Source: a virus
Taxonomy: Duplodnaviria; Caudoviricetes
Virus record (IMG/VR): IMGVR_UViG_3300040985_001055
Location: 1-47,951 of that record
Reading direction: 5' to 3' (one strand)
Length of the DNA: 47,951 bases
Below, in pieces: positions 16,849-27,653 of the stretch. Position 1 is the first letter of the stretch. Each line of letters begins with the position of its first letter. A program made the translations under genes and the position numbers. The notes below the pieces were generated by a model. The model was not told the origin of the DNA and did no database searches. It worked only from the letters and a program-made list of their open reading frames with translations.

Positions 16849-19800
16849 TTGACAGTATATAAGCAACTGGCATTTGTGGGTGGCGAGGTAGATCCTGCTA
16901 TTTATGGTAGATCAGATCTCCAGAAGTTTGATACTTCTTGCCGAGTCTTAAAGAACTTCATCGTTCATGTAACCGGTGGTGCAAGTAATAGATCCGGCCT
17001 TGAATTCATAGGTGCGGTACATGACAGCTCGGAAACCACTCGTCTAATCAGATTCAGATTCAATACTGAGCAAACATACATTCTAGAGTTTTCAGACTTC
17101 TTCTTCCGTGTTATTAAAGACGGTGCCTATGTAATGCACTCTGCTGACACCATTACCGCTGCCACTAAAGCGGATCCATGCGTAGTTACAATCGGTGCTC
17201 ATTCATACGTTGTTGGGCAAGAAGTATTTATTTCGTCTGTTGGTGGGATGACTGAACTTAATAATAAGTTCTATCGCATAAAAGCGGTTGCTGCAACTAC
17301 GATCACCCTTGAAGATATATTCGGAACTGCTATTGACAGTACTGCATTTAATACATATACGTCCGGTGGAACCACTGAAGTAACTCCCATCTTTGACACG
17401 TTCTGGCCCCAAGCTGATCTGGCTAAATTAAAGTTTACTCAGAACGCAGATACATTAACAGTGGTCCATCCCGATCATAACACAATATACGACATTACTC
17501 GTACTGCTCATGATGTCTGGACTGTGACTGCTGTTGACTTTACCTCGCAGGTTACAGCACCTACCGGATTCTCTGCCACTCCAAGTACCGCGAATACCGG
17601 TTTTGTGAGAAATTATGTAGTTACGGCAATCGATGATACTACCGGAGAAGAGAGCTTGGCATCTACTGCGAATAATGCTGATCATGATTTGGCTGCTGAC
17701 GCTACGAGGACAAATGACTGTGCATGGACGTTGGTTGCTAATGCGTCAAAGTATAAAGTTTATTGTGATGATAACGCATCGGGCATATTTGGGTTCATTG
17801 GAAATGCTGCTACAAATGCGTTTGAAGATAATTTTATCACTCCTGATTACGATATAACTCCTCCTGAGAACAGAAGTCCTTTATTCGTGTTTGAGGACTT
17901 TGTCATTACCGGAGCTACCCAGGCAGATCCGTGTGTTCTTACAATAACGGCAGGGGCGCGAACACCTACAGTTGGCGATCAAGTAGATGTCTCTGGCGTA
18001 GTCGGAATGACAGAATTAAACGGTAATACTTATTTTGTGAAAGCTGCGACATCTACCACTATTGATCTTGAAGATAAAACAGGAACATCTCTTGATAGTA
18101 CGGGATTTACTGGTTATGGATCTGCAGGGGTCGCTAAAGTTTCTGAGCAAGACAATGCTCCTAGATGCGTAACGTACCATCAGCAGAGAAGAATATTTGC
18201 TGGACCAGACAACCATCCATCTACATTTGATGCCAGTAGGATTGGTCTGTTTAGCAACTTTAATGTGTCTGCGATTACTCAGGCTGATGATGCGATTAGT
18301 TTTAATGTGGTTGCTGATGATGTTAATGAGATTCGTGATATGAAGTCTCAGAAGGATCTGTTTCTTTTTACATCTTCTGGAGTTTTCAGGATTGTGACCG
18401 GAGATAATTTGGTATTTTCTCAAACAACTATAGCTTCAGAAGAACAGGAATCTTGGGGAGTCAGTGATATAGAAGCACTTAAAGTTGGTCAATCGTTCCT
18501 TTATGTGCAGGATGGCGAAAGAGTAATAAGGGATCTTCAGGACAGTCTTGAAACTAATGGATTCTCTGGCGATGATTTAACCTTGCTGGCAAAGCATTTA
18601 TTCAAAGAAACAAAAATAGTTGAGTGGACTTATGCCAGGGATCCTGACAGTATTGTTTGGTGTGTTATGGATGATGGCACTGTTAATGCACTGACATATC
18701 TCAGGAAGCATCAGATATGGGCATGGACACATCATACTACTGATGGCCTGTTTAAGTCTGTCGCATCGATCCCTGAAGGTACCAGCGAATACGGTGTGTA
18801 CTTTGTTGTTGAACGGAAGATAGAAGGCACTACGGGATCCACAAGCACAATGCAATATGTGGAGCGATTAAAAAACAGAGATGTGTTGGATATAAAAGAT
18901 TCATTCTTTGTAGATAGTGGATTATCTCTTGATTCTCCTGTAACGGTTTCTGGTGCAACGGTCGCGTCACCTGTAGTGATTACTGCGACGGCTCATGGAT
19001 TTACTGATGCGGATTTCATAGATTTTGCAGAAGTAAGTGGGATGACTGAACTCAATGGAAATAGATATAAGATCGGAAATAAAACAGCCAATACTTTCGA
19101 GTTATTTGATAGAACTCAGAGCGTATACACTGTAACTGCTGCAACTCAGGCAGATCCTTGTGAGGTCACTATTGGGGCTCATTCTCATACTGAAGGGCAA
19201 CAGATAACACTTTCCGGTGTTATTGGTATGACTGAGCTTAATGGCAATACATATCAGGTGAATACTGCAACTGCGACTACTGTTACCCTGAAAAGCATAG
19301 CCGGTGTGACAACTGATGCAACTGGATTCACAGCATATGTATCAGGGGGTATGGCAGAAATTGATGCAGACGTAGATGGCAGTGCTTTTACGACTTATAT
19401 AAGTGGAGGAGAAGCGAGGTTGTCTGTTACAACGGTGTCTGGACTTGAGCATCTTGAGGGTGAAACGGTATCTGTTCTTGCAGATGGAGGTACTGCGCAT
19501 AACCCATTGGATTCAGATTTGGTAACAAAGACTGTTTCGGGGGGATCAGTAACTATTGCAAATGCAGCATCAAGGATCCATATAGGTCTTCCGTTTACAA
19601 GTGACCTTGAAAATATCGGAGTAGATCTTACATCGGTTAATGGTCTTGGGGATTCTCCTGCGAGAAAGAAACATATACCTGTGGTTAAGCTTAGAGTACA
19701 GGACACGGCAGGGATATTGATTGGTCCGGACTTTGATACATTAGAACCATACAAGCCTGAAGGCGTTGATGCTAACGAAGGGCCTGGATTCCTTCTTGAT

Positions 19801-19947
19801 GATGCGGGGGGAACAACGCCGGTAATAGCAAAGAGCCTTTCGCCTGTTCATCGTCATGATGGAACGATTGCCATTAGGCAGATTAATCCATTGCCAGTGA
19901 CTATACTTAATCTTCTTCCGGAGGTTGAAGTTGACCAAATTAGTTGA
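16849..19947 (+). CDS. Tail tubular protein B / nozzle (T7 gp12-like) with four inserted beta domains
   Basis: F.GGE..P..YGR.DL, RLI.F.FN..QTY.LEF, HQQR..F, LTY....Q..AW..H.TDG.F.SV, SGLEHLEGETV.VLADG, PLPVTIL. Confidence 0.88.
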   Translation: MTVYKQLAFVGGEVDPAIYGRSDLQKFDTSCRVLKNFIVHVTGGASNRSGLEFIGAVHDSSETTRLIRFRFNTEQTYILEFSDFFFRVIKDGAYVMHSADTITAATKADPCVVTIGAHSYVVGQEVFISSVGGMTELNNKFYRIKAVAATTITLEDIFGTAIDSTAFNTYTSGGTTEVTPIFDTFWPQADLAKLKFTQNADTLTVVHPDHNTIYDITRTAHDVWTVTAVDFTSQVTAPTGFSATPSTANTGFVRNYVVTAIDDTTGEESLASTANNADHDLAADATRTNDCAWTLVANASKYKVYCDDNASGIFGFIGNAATNAFEDNFITPDYDITPPENRSPLFVFEDFVITGATQADPCVLTITAGARTPTVGDQVDVSGVVGMTELNGNTYFVKAATSTTIDLEDKTGTSLDSTGFTGYGSAGVAKVSEQDNAPRCVTYHQQRRIFAGPDNHPSTFDASRIGLFSNFNVSAITQADDAISFNVVADDVNEIRDMKSQKDLFLFTSSGVFRIVTGDNLVFSQTTIASEEQESWGVSDIEALKVGQSFLYVQDGERVIRDLQDSLETNGFSGDDLTLLAKHLFKETKIVEWTYARDPDSIVWCVMDDGTVNALTYLRKHQIWAWTHHTTDGLFKSVASIPEGTSEYGVYFVVERKIEGTTGSTSTMQYVERLKNRDVLDIKDSFFVDSGLSLDSPVTVSGATVASPVVITATAHGFTDADFIDFAEVSGMTELNGNRYKIGNKTANTFELFDRTQSVYTVTAATQADPCEVTIGAHSHTEGQQITLSGVIGMTELNGNTYQVNTATATTVTLKSIAGVTTDATGFTAYVSGGMAEIDADVDGSAFTTYISGGEARLSVTTVSGLEHLEGETVSVLADGGTAHNPLDSDLVTKTVSGGSVTIANAASRIHIGLPFTSDLENIGVDLTSVNGLGDSPARKKHIPVVKLRVQDTAGILIGPDFDTLEPYKPEGVDANEGPGFLLDDAGGTTPVIAKSLSPVHRHDGTIAIRQINPLPVTILNLLPEVEVDQIS

Positions 19948-20395
19948 TATACGAAAAGCTGAATTTGCGGATATTGCTCCTATTGCAATTCGAATGAGGT
20001 ATGCAGATAAGAAGGAAATATGGGATTCTCATAGGCTTAATCCATATCAGGCGTTGTTGAGAGGAGTCAAAAGCCTTGGTAATTGTTGGACTATCCTGGG
20101 CGATGACATGCCTGAAGGGATGATGGGTATTTCAAGGATTTCATTGTTGAGTAACAAAGGCATTATCTGGCTACTTGGAACAGATGTCCTTACTCAAGAC
20201 AGGCGATTATTTGTCAAAGTAAGCAAGAAGGTGTTTGATGGAATGCTTGACGGATTTGATTATGTAGAGAATCATGTATCAACTGAAAATGAAATATCTC
20301 TTCGGTGGCTTGAGAGATTAGGATTTAATATAGAAAAGGAACCTGTAATGATAAATGACGTTCCCTTTAAGAAGTTTTACATGGAGATGAACTAA
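19925..20395 (+). CDS. Internal virion protein A-like GNAT-fold protein (T7 gp13-like)
   Basis: MR.AD..E, IWLLGTD, N.V...N..S.RWLE.LGF. Confidence 0.8.
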   Translation: MKLTKLVDIRKAEFADIAPIAIRMRYADKKEIWDSHRLNPYQALLRGVKSLGNCWTILGDDMPEGMMGISRISLLSNKGIIWLLGTDVLTQDRRLFVKVSKKVFDGMLDGFDYVENHVSTENEISLRWLERLGFNIEKEPVMINDVPFKKFYMEMN

Positions 20396-20994
20396 TGTGT
20401 GTCGGTGGAGCTACGCCAGTACAAGCAGCAACGGCAGCGGTAGGAATTGCTGCAGCACCGGCAACTGGTGGTGGTAGCTTAATCACATTAGGTAATGTCT
20501 TAACTGCTGCATCTGCCATAAGTACGGTTGTGCAGACCATTGGCGTAATCAGGCAGTCAAGGGCTGCGTCTGGACAGGCTACGTTTAAAGCAGGAATCGC
20601 CAATAACAATGCAATTATAGCAGAGAATAACGCTCAAGCCGTTCTTCAGACCGCCGAAGCTGATGCCCAAGACAAGAGGAGAGAGACGCGACAGCGTATA
20701 GGGCTACAACGTGCTCAGTTAGCTGCTGCTGGATTCAGTGTTTCAGAGGGCAGCTCAATAGACATCCTTAGTGACACGGCTGCATTGGGAGAATTAGACG
20801 TACTCAGGATAGAATCAGATGCACAGAACAAGGCAGATAACTTCAGGAATCAATCTGCAAACTTTCAGGCTGAGTCTGATTTGGGTAGACTTTCATCTAA
20901 GAACAAGAAGAAGGCTGGCAATATCAATGCAGCTTCTAGTTTAATATCCGGTGCATCAAAGACCGGAACAACCTTTTTAGCAACAAGACCATAA
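20395..20994 (+). CDS. Internal virion protein B-like (DNA ejection)
   Basis: MC start, Ala/Gly-rich, G.QRA..AA.G.....GS..D...DT motif. Confidence 0.78.
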   Translation: MCVGGATPVQAATAAVGIAAAPATGGGSLITLGNVLTAASAISTVVQTIGVIRQSRAASGQATFKAGIANNNAIIAENNAQAVLQTAEADAQDKRRETRQRIGLQRAQLAAAGFSVSEGSSIDILSDTAALGELDVLRIESDAQNKADNFRNQSANFQAESDLGRLSSKNKKKAGNINAASSLISGASKTGTTFLATRP

Positions 20995-22799
20995 TGGCAA
21001 GAATAACAAAGACTGAGAAACCGAGTGTAAAGGCTCCTAATCTGTTACAAAATCAACAGAATATAAATATTCCTTCTGGTGCATTCGGAGAAGATGTGAA
21101 TGCTGCTGTAGGGAATTTGGGAGGATCCGTAGCTGATTCTGCAAATAGGCTGAATCAGGCGTTTGCAAGGCAAGCAGAGCGTAGAAGCATTACGGAGGCA
21201 TCTGGAGCATTTAAAAATGTGCCGGTGACTGCTCTCGCTGATCTCGAAGCTGCGAAGGCTCAGGCAAGGCAGGATCCGAGTCTGCTCCCAACATTCCAAC
21301 AGGATTATTCTGAATCCTTTGACAAGAAGATGAAGGCTATCAGGGATGGCTTATCTGAAAGGGCTCAGAATAAATTTGATCAGAAAGCTCTTTCTACTGG
21401 TACTTCTATGGCGAAGAGTGCTGCTGTTTGGGCCAGAGGCGAAGAAGTACTTAATGGCAGAAACAATATGAATTCAGAGGTTGCCAATATTGTATCAGTC
21501 GCGCCTGGAGATCTTCTTAATCTGGATCAATACAGACAGGATGTTGTCAATGTTATTAATGATGCCGATGCAAATGGATTCCTTATAGACGGAAGAGGAA
21601 GACAGATAGACTCAGCAAAGGCGGTTTCTGATGCGTTAAGAGCTATCGATCTTAATATTGCTAATTCGTTGATTCAAGAGAATCCTGAAAGCCTTTTGAA
21701 TATGATTGAAGGTGATTTCCTTCCTAATTTGACTGAAAAGGATCAGTCTCAGAAGTTAAGAGAGATCCCGGGAGCAGCTAGAAACATTAAAGAAAGAGCA
21801 GATCTAACATTTGCTGATTCGTTATTGGCTAATCGTGATCAATTAAGGACTGCCAGAACAACAAGGACCGCAACATACCAAATGTATGAGCAGAATATAA
21901 GAGCTCTTGATGATAGGGTTGATGCTGGAGATACGTTGGCTCAAGCTGAACAGGCATGGCTTGAAGAAGAGCAAAAGACTTCTATAAAATCAAGAGAAGA
22001 TTTGATAAGTGAAAAGTCTGAGAAAAAAGAGATTGAGATTGAATCAACTAAACGTGCCAAAGAAGCAACAGGAACACAGAAGCAACCGAAGCCTTCCGAT
22101 GATGTAAAGGCAAATGCATTCAATGATTTCAATGAAGAGTTTCTTGATTTTGCAATTATTGGTACTGGCAAAAAACCAACAGCTAAAAAGAAAGGCAAAA
22201 GAGGCGATAAGTTTGAGCTTGAGGACGAAGACAATCCAATGGCAAGGATGACTGCTGTTCTGGATTTCTGGACAAGGGTTTCTGAGGCACAGAGAGATGG
22301 ACTTCTGACAGAAAAAGAAGGGAACACTTTCTTTGAACAGCTAATACCGGTCATGAGGTCTAAGATTGAGTCTAAACATTTTAAAGAAGCTACTGACTCT
22401 CCTTGGTGGGGAGCCGTTAAGCAATCTCTTGGAGGCCAAAGAGAAATAGAGAGAACTGCAGATAAGTATTCAGATGTTTATTCTTCTGTTCTTGAAACAT
22501 TGGGAGATGCTGCAAGCTCTGTTGATAAGAGAAATGCAATGATTCATGCTTACGATATTATACAGGCTACTGATTTTGGAGAAAATGAAGGCGTTACTGA
22601 CAGAGTAGAAAAGTCAAGTAAGATTGCTCAGGATGCAGTGCAGCTAATGAATTGGGATAAGCGTCCGAGCACAAGGGGCCTGAAAACAAATGCTGTTGTA
22701 GAGCTTAATCCGGCTGAACCTGACTTTCAGGTAATGGTAGACGCAAAGGGCAACAGGGCAAGAGTTTTTAAAGACGGAAGAATTGAGGAAATTAATTAA
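20994..22799 (+). CDS. Internal virion protein C-like (DNA ejection)
   Basis: Helical 601-aa protein in the ejection gene cluster. Confidence 0.65.
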   Translation: MARITKTEKPSVKAPNLLQNQQNINIPSGAFGEDVNAAVGNLGGSVADSANRLNQAFARQAERRSITEASGAFKNVPVTALADLEAAKAQARQDPSLLPTFQQDYSESFDKKMKAIRDGLSERAQNKFDQKALSTGTSMAKSAAVWARGEEVLNGRNNMNSEVANIVSVAPGDLLNLDQYRQDVVNVINDADANGFLIDGRGRQIDSAKAVSDALRAIDLNIANSLIQENPESLLNMIEGDFLPNLTEKDQSQKLREIPGAARNIKERADLTFADSLLANRDQLRTARTTRTATYQMYEQNIRALDDRVDAGDTLAQAEQAWLEEEQKTSIKSREDLISEKSEKKEIEIESTKRAKEATGTQKQPKPSDDVKANAFNDFNEEFLDFAIIGTGKKPTAKKKGKRGDKFELEDEDNPMARMTAVLDFWTRVSEAQRDGLLTEKEGNTFFEQLIPVMRSKIESKHFKEATDSPWWGAVKQSLGGQREIERTADKYSDVYSSVLETLGDAASSVDKRNAMIHAYDIIQATDFGENEGVTDRVEKSSKIAQDAVQLMNWDKRPSTRGLKTNAVVELNPAEPDFQVMVDAKGNRARVFKDGRIEEIN

Positions 22800-25700
22800 T
22801 GGCATTTGACATCGCTACTGCACAGCCTATTGAAGAAGAGGATACTGGTTTTGATTTGAACACGGCTCAACCTGTAGACTCTACAAGTAGATTACCTGAT
22901 GATCAGCTTAGTGAGATTAATAGGTTGAATGAGAATCCAGGCAACAGGGAATTCATGTATATTCCAGGCCAGAACGTCAATGTTGATTTGCCTAAAGGTG
23001 GTATTAGTAGCTTTTGGAATATGACTAAGAGGGCATTTGATAGTGGAAACAAAGGTACTGAACGTAGCCAGTTGGGAGCTCAGGTATTTAATGGTGATAA
23101 GAGTCCTGAAATTGAAGCAAGAATATCAAAGCTTGATAAAGAACTTGGAGGTCCTAATCCTGTTATTGGTGTGTTGCCTCCTCCGGAAGAAGGTTGGGCT
23201 TCGTATGCTGCCAAGGCAATAGCTGAAGAGATTCCTAATATTATGGGATTTATGCACTCAGGACTTGAGACAGGATTAGTTACAGGTGGCACTACAATGG
23301 CTGCTGCCGCGATACCAGGACCTCAGCAACCGTTTATGGCAGGATTAACCGCCCTTACATTCGGTGCAGGATTTACGGCTGGATCCCTTGAATATGCTTA
23401 TACGCAAATGGCTGGAGATTCTTTCCTTGAATATAGGAATTTCACTGATGATGAAGGTAATAAGCTTCCGGAAGATCTGGCAAGGCTTGGCGCATTTATG
23501 ACTGGGGTTGTTGGTGCAGGTATGGAAGCTGCTCCAATGGGCCTTCTGTTTAGAATGTTACCTGGAACCAGAACAGTATTTCAGAAGGCTGGATTCAAAG
23601 CTACCGAAGCAATTAAGTTTCCGAAATCTACTAAAATAATGAAAGACTTTCTCTTTAATATGGCACAAATAGCTGCTGCAGAGGGCATAACTGAAGTGGC
23701 TCAGGAAGGTACTCAGATTGAGATAGGAGAACTTCTTAAAAAGTTTGCAAATACATCAGGAGAATTCGAACCGGTATCAACTACAGAGATTCTTGACAGG
23801 ATGAAAGAGGCTGGAATTAAAGGTGCATTAGTCGGCGGATTCTTGGGCGGTGCTGCAACTGGCGTGAGTACGGTTGTTGATGCAGCTACTCCTGGAACAT
23901 CTAAGAAGGTTTTAGATAAAGGTGTTGATGAAGATATTGAGGGGCAAAAGGTTGAGTCGCAATCTACTGATATATCTCCGGAGAATATTGCTAAGGTTGT
24001 TGAGAATGTGAAAACTGTTGTGAGTGAGGTTGCAGAAGAAACACAGGTTGGTGCTCCAACAGCGCCAACCGAAGAAGGAGATACATCATTTAGTCCAGAA
24101 GAGCTTGAAGAAAAGCAAATTACACAAGTTGAAGAGTCATTACAGTCAATCGCACCAACTAAAAAGACAAGGGATACTCTTATTAGGGGAAGGCTTGAGG
24201 TTCTTGACAAAGATATTAGGAATATAGATACTCAGGTTGAATCTCTGAATAATCAGATTGATCAAAGGAATAATGACAGAAAGCCTACCAAGGCTTTGGA
24301 AACGAAAGTAGATAAACTTCTCAATGATCGTGCGGAACTTGATATTGAGAGGGATAATGTTCTCTTATTGGGATTGGCAAACAATCTAAAAGTCAGCAAA
24401 AAGGCTTCTCCGGAAGAAGATAAAAGGCAGAGGGCTGAAGCTGAGACTGAACTGAAAATGGAAGAGGCCGAATTAATTCTTGAGGAACTTGAGGAGGGTA
24501 CTGAACCGGAGAGGCAATTTGAGAAAGATGCTCTTGGGGTTATAGTAGATGTGTTTTCTGCTGAGTCTACTAATCCTGCGTTTCTTTCCGGAAGAGTTGA
24601 TCTTGGTGTTCCGGATCCTCTGGCACTAAATGTTGTTGGACTTAAACAAGGAGGTAAGAAGCCAAACAGAAGATCTAAAAGGGCTGTAATAAATGCTGTC
24701 AAGAGGATTATAAATGGGAAACCGGCGCCAGATGATAAGCCGCAAGCTGCTCTTCATCAAAGGATATTAGATTTAATTGATGATCGTCTTGAAGGTGTTG
24801 ATCCAAGGTTTGCTCCTGGCACTGGTCAGGTTGATCCGAATAGAGGTAATAGTAAGCAGGTATTTCCTGGAGATGTAACAGGTACGGTAACAATACAGGA
24901 TCTCTTTAATGAGGCTTCTGAGGATGCCTTGGCATCACTTGAAGTTGACACTGATAAAGACATTCAGATTAAAGGTAAGAAGCTGGTAAAGTTGGAAGAG
25001 CAGAGTTTGAGAGATCAGGAAAGAGCATTAAGCAAGGGTCTCAGAGAAGGCGCGAGGCTTGCCAATAACGATATTAAACAGGCAATTAAAAATACAAAGC
25101 AACTTATTAGGGAGACATCCTTACCGAAAGCTACCAAGGATTCTATCATTGCTCAGTTTGTTACCGGTGAAGCTGATTTTGTTAAAAATATTCCTAAGCT
25201 CAAAAGCAAGATCGGCTCTGAATTCGAGAGGCTTGGAGTAAAAGAGCAGAAGAACCGTATCAATAAATCGTTAAGTAGAAAGACGCTGAAGCCTAAAGTG
25301 GTAAGTGGTGTAAAACAGGGCAAGTTTGATGCTGAAATTCAGAGTGCTCTTGATAATCTTTCAGTTCTTAATAAAACAAGTGGCAAGGTTAATCCTGACA
25401 CCGGGGAATCTGACGCAAGTATTCTCTTGGATGATCGTATTTCTAAGGCTATAGATGATCCCCTTGGGAATGCAATAATAAACATAAAGGCGAATCCAAG
25501 AAGTGTCACAAGTGCCGAACTTAAACAATTAGCAGATGACATCGATATCCTTTTGAGTGAAGGAAGACTTCAGGCAAAAGAAAGAGTACTTAGAAAACAG
25601 ATCAATGTCGCTAATGGAGCAAATGAGATAAATAATTTCGTCACTAAAGGCGAAAACATACAGGCATGGCAGAGAAGCGGAACCACAGGGGCATTCAGGA

Positions 25701-27643
25701 CTGCAAAGAATTGGGTGCAACAGACCGTATCGAGGCTTACTGACGGGTGGGATGAAGTCATCGATAGGATAGTTCCAGGTAATAAGGCTTCATCTTTTGA
25801 GATTGGTATTGAGATTCAAAAGGAAAAAGGGATTAAAAGAAGGATGGCAAATAAGCTTACCAAGGCTGCTGAATCATCTTTTGGAATTAAAGATGGAAGG
25901 AAGCTTAGGAACCTTCTCGACTCAAGTAATGAAATAGTAGACCACGGGCTATTCGTCAATACTGCCGGAAAAGAAGTACGGCTTGAAATGTCAGTCTCTC
26001 AGGCCAGAAAACTATTCATGGAATGGCAAGACCCTACTCTTAGAGAAACCTTGACTGGCGAAACCGGAAACGCATATTCTGATGAAATGCTGACCTATAT
26101 ATTTAACAGTATACTTGGAGAGCAAGACAAATCCTTTGCGGAGGAGCAGCTTCAAATTTACAGAGAATTCTATGATGAAATCAATGAAGTGTATAAAAGG
26201 GTATTTGGAATCAATCTTGATAGGAATGAATTCTATAGCCCGATAAGAAGGCAGGTAGATGGCCAGGAGATCGGCTTAGATGAATTCGGGAATGATATAA
26301 ATTATAGATCCAAGGTAAATACGAGTAAGTCATTAATCGCAAGGCAGAAATCTATTCAGCCTATAATGCAGAGATCGGACATTAGCGTATTCAACCAGCA
26401 TATAACTGCAATGAGCAGATTTATCGCTTTAAGAGAGAAGACACAATTTTTAAATTCTGTATTTGGGAAAACAGAAGTGCGGAAAAACTTGGAAGCTAAG
26501 TTTGGCAAAGATTTTAATTTGTTTATTGGGGAGCACCTTGAAAGTTTTGTTAATGGCGGGAATAGGGCTTCCGATATTCTATCTAAGACAATCAATTTCT
26601 TTAATAGAAATTTTGCCGCATCTCAATTGGGCGCAAAGGCCAAGATTGGGTTTACACAAACAGTTTCATATTTTGCTTATGCAGAATTTGTTCCGGCAAC
26701 TGACTTTATTGCAGGTACGAGAGATTTTTTCCTGAATATGCCAAAAGCTATTAAGACCTTGAGTAAATCTGAGTTGTTAAAAGCGAGAGGATTCAGCCAA
26801 GAAGTAGAAATTGCAAGACTTGGAAAGGTTTTCGATAATGCATTTATAAATAGGATACAAAAAAAACAAGACAAAATGATTGACTATATGCTTATTGCCA
26901 CAAAGGTCGGGGACAGGCTTCCTATCCTTGTTGGAGGATGGTCGGTATACAGGCATGTTCTCAAAGAGACCGGTAGCGAGGTAAAGGCCATGCAAGCGTT
27001 TGAGAGAGCTACTGCAAAGACGCAGCAATCAACAGATCAAGACCAGCTTTCTCTGGCGCAGAAAACAAATCCTCTAATGAGAGGGCTTACAATGTTTATG
27101 TCTGCACCAATTGCACAGTTCAGGGGTGAGTCTCGTGCTGTGCGACAACTTCTTAAAGGGGAGTCTTCGCCAAGGCAGTTTGCCAAAGCAATATTAATAT
27201 ATCACTTTATCCTTCCTGGACTTTATCAGGCAATTTCAAATGGCTTGATATTTGGAGAGTGGGATAAAGAAGATCAGATAAGGGCAGCGATATTAGGGTC
27301 TTTTAATGGCATTCCAATAATGGGAGACATAATGAATAGTACCATAAGGAAGATCCAGGGGAAGAGTACCAGAGGTACTGAAATCTTAAAATGGACAAAG
27401 CCAATTATAGAAATGCTTGATGATCTTTTTGAAGCGATGGAATCAGGAAAAGAAGGAGATTTTGAGGAGCTTACTGAATCTATTTATGATGCATTTAAAA
27501 ATTCAGGATCTCTAACAGGTCTTCCTACTCCTCAAATTGATAATGTTAAAAAAGGATTTGAAGACCTTGACAATGGAGATCTCAAGGCAAGCTCTCTCAG
27601 GTTCCTTGGATGGCCTGATAGTACCATACAAAATATAGAATAG
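22799..27643 (+). CDS. Large internal virion / DNA ejection protein (gp16-like position)
   Basis: 1614 aa, Ala/Gly hydrophobic segments, AEG.TE..QE motif, directly before the tail fibre. Confidence 0.72.
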   Translation: MAFDIATAQPIEEEDTGFDLNTAQPVDSTSRLPDDQLSEINRLNENPGNREFMYIPGQNVNVDLPKGGISSFWNMTKRAFDSGNKGTERSQLGAQVFNGDKSPEIEARISKLDKELGGPNPVIGVLPPPEEGWASYAAKAIAEEIPNIMGFMHSGLETGLVTGGTTMAAAAIPGPQQPFMAGLTALTFGAGFTAGSLEYAYTQMAGDSFLEYRNFTDDEGNKLPEDLARLGAFMTGVVGAGMEAAPMGLLFRMLPGTRTVFQKAGFKATEAIKFPKSTKIMKDFLFNMAQIAAAEGITEVAQEGTQIEIGELLKKFANTSGEFEPVSTTEILDRMKEAGIKGALVGGFLGGAATGVSTVVDAATPGTSKKVLDKGVDEDIEGQKVESQSTDISPENIAKVVENVKTVVSEVAEETQVGAPTAPTEEGDTSFSPEELEEKQITQVEESLQSIAPTKKTRDTLIRGRLEVLDKDIRNIDTQVESLNNQIDQRNNDRKPTKALETKVDKLLNDRAELDIERDNVLLLGLANNLKVSKKASPEEDKRQRAEAETELKMEEAELILEELEEGTEPERQFEKDALGVIVDVFSAESTNPAFLSGRVDLGVPDPLALNVVGLKQGGKKPNRRSKRAVINAVKRIINGKPAPDDKPQAALHQRILDLIDDRLEGVDPRFAPGTGQVDPNRGNSKQVFPGDVTGTVTIQDLFNEASEDALASLEVDTDKDIQIKGKKLVKLEEQSLRDQERALSKGLREGARLANNDIKQAIKNTKQLIRETSLPKATKDSIIAQFVTGEADFVKNIPKLKSKIGSEFERLGVKEQKNRINKSLSRKTLKPKVVSGVKQGKFDAEIQSALDNLSVLNKTSGKVNPDTGESDASILLDDRISKAIDDPLGNAIINIKANPRSVTSAELKQLADDIDILLSEGRLQAKERVLRKQINVANGANEINNFVTKGENIQAWQRSGTTGAFRTAKNWVQQTVSRLTDGWDEVIDRIVPGNKASSFEIGIEIQKEKGIKRRMANKLTKAAESSFGIKDGRKLRNLLDSSNEIVDHGLFVNTAGKEVRLEMSVSQARKLFMEWQDPTLRETLTGETGNAYSDEMLTYIFNSILGEQDKSFAEEQLQIYREFYDEINEVYKRVFGINLDRNEFYSPIRRQVDGQEIGLDEFGNDINYRSKVNTSKSLIARQKSIQPIMQRSDISVFNQHITAMSRFIALREKTQFLNSVFGKTEVRKNLEAKFGKDFNLFIGEHLESFVNGGNRASDILSKTINFFNRNFAASQLGAKAKIGFTQTVSYFAYAEFVPATDFIAGTRDFFLNMPKAIKTLSKSELLKARGFSQEVEIARLGKVFDNAFINRIQKKQDKMIDYMLIATKVGDRLPILVGGWSVYRHVLKETGSEVKAMQAFERATAKTQQSTDQDQLSLAQKTNPLMRGLTMFMSAPIAQFRGESRAVRQLLKGESSPRQFAKAILIYHFILPGLYQAISNGLIFGEWDKEDQIRAAILGSFNGIPIMGDIMNSTIRKIQGKSTRGTEILKWTKPIIEMLDDLFEAMESGKEGDFEELTESIYDAFKNSGSLTGLPTPQIDNVKKGFEDLDNGDLKASSLRFLGWPDSTIQNIE

Positions 27644-27653
27644 GAGAAACAAA

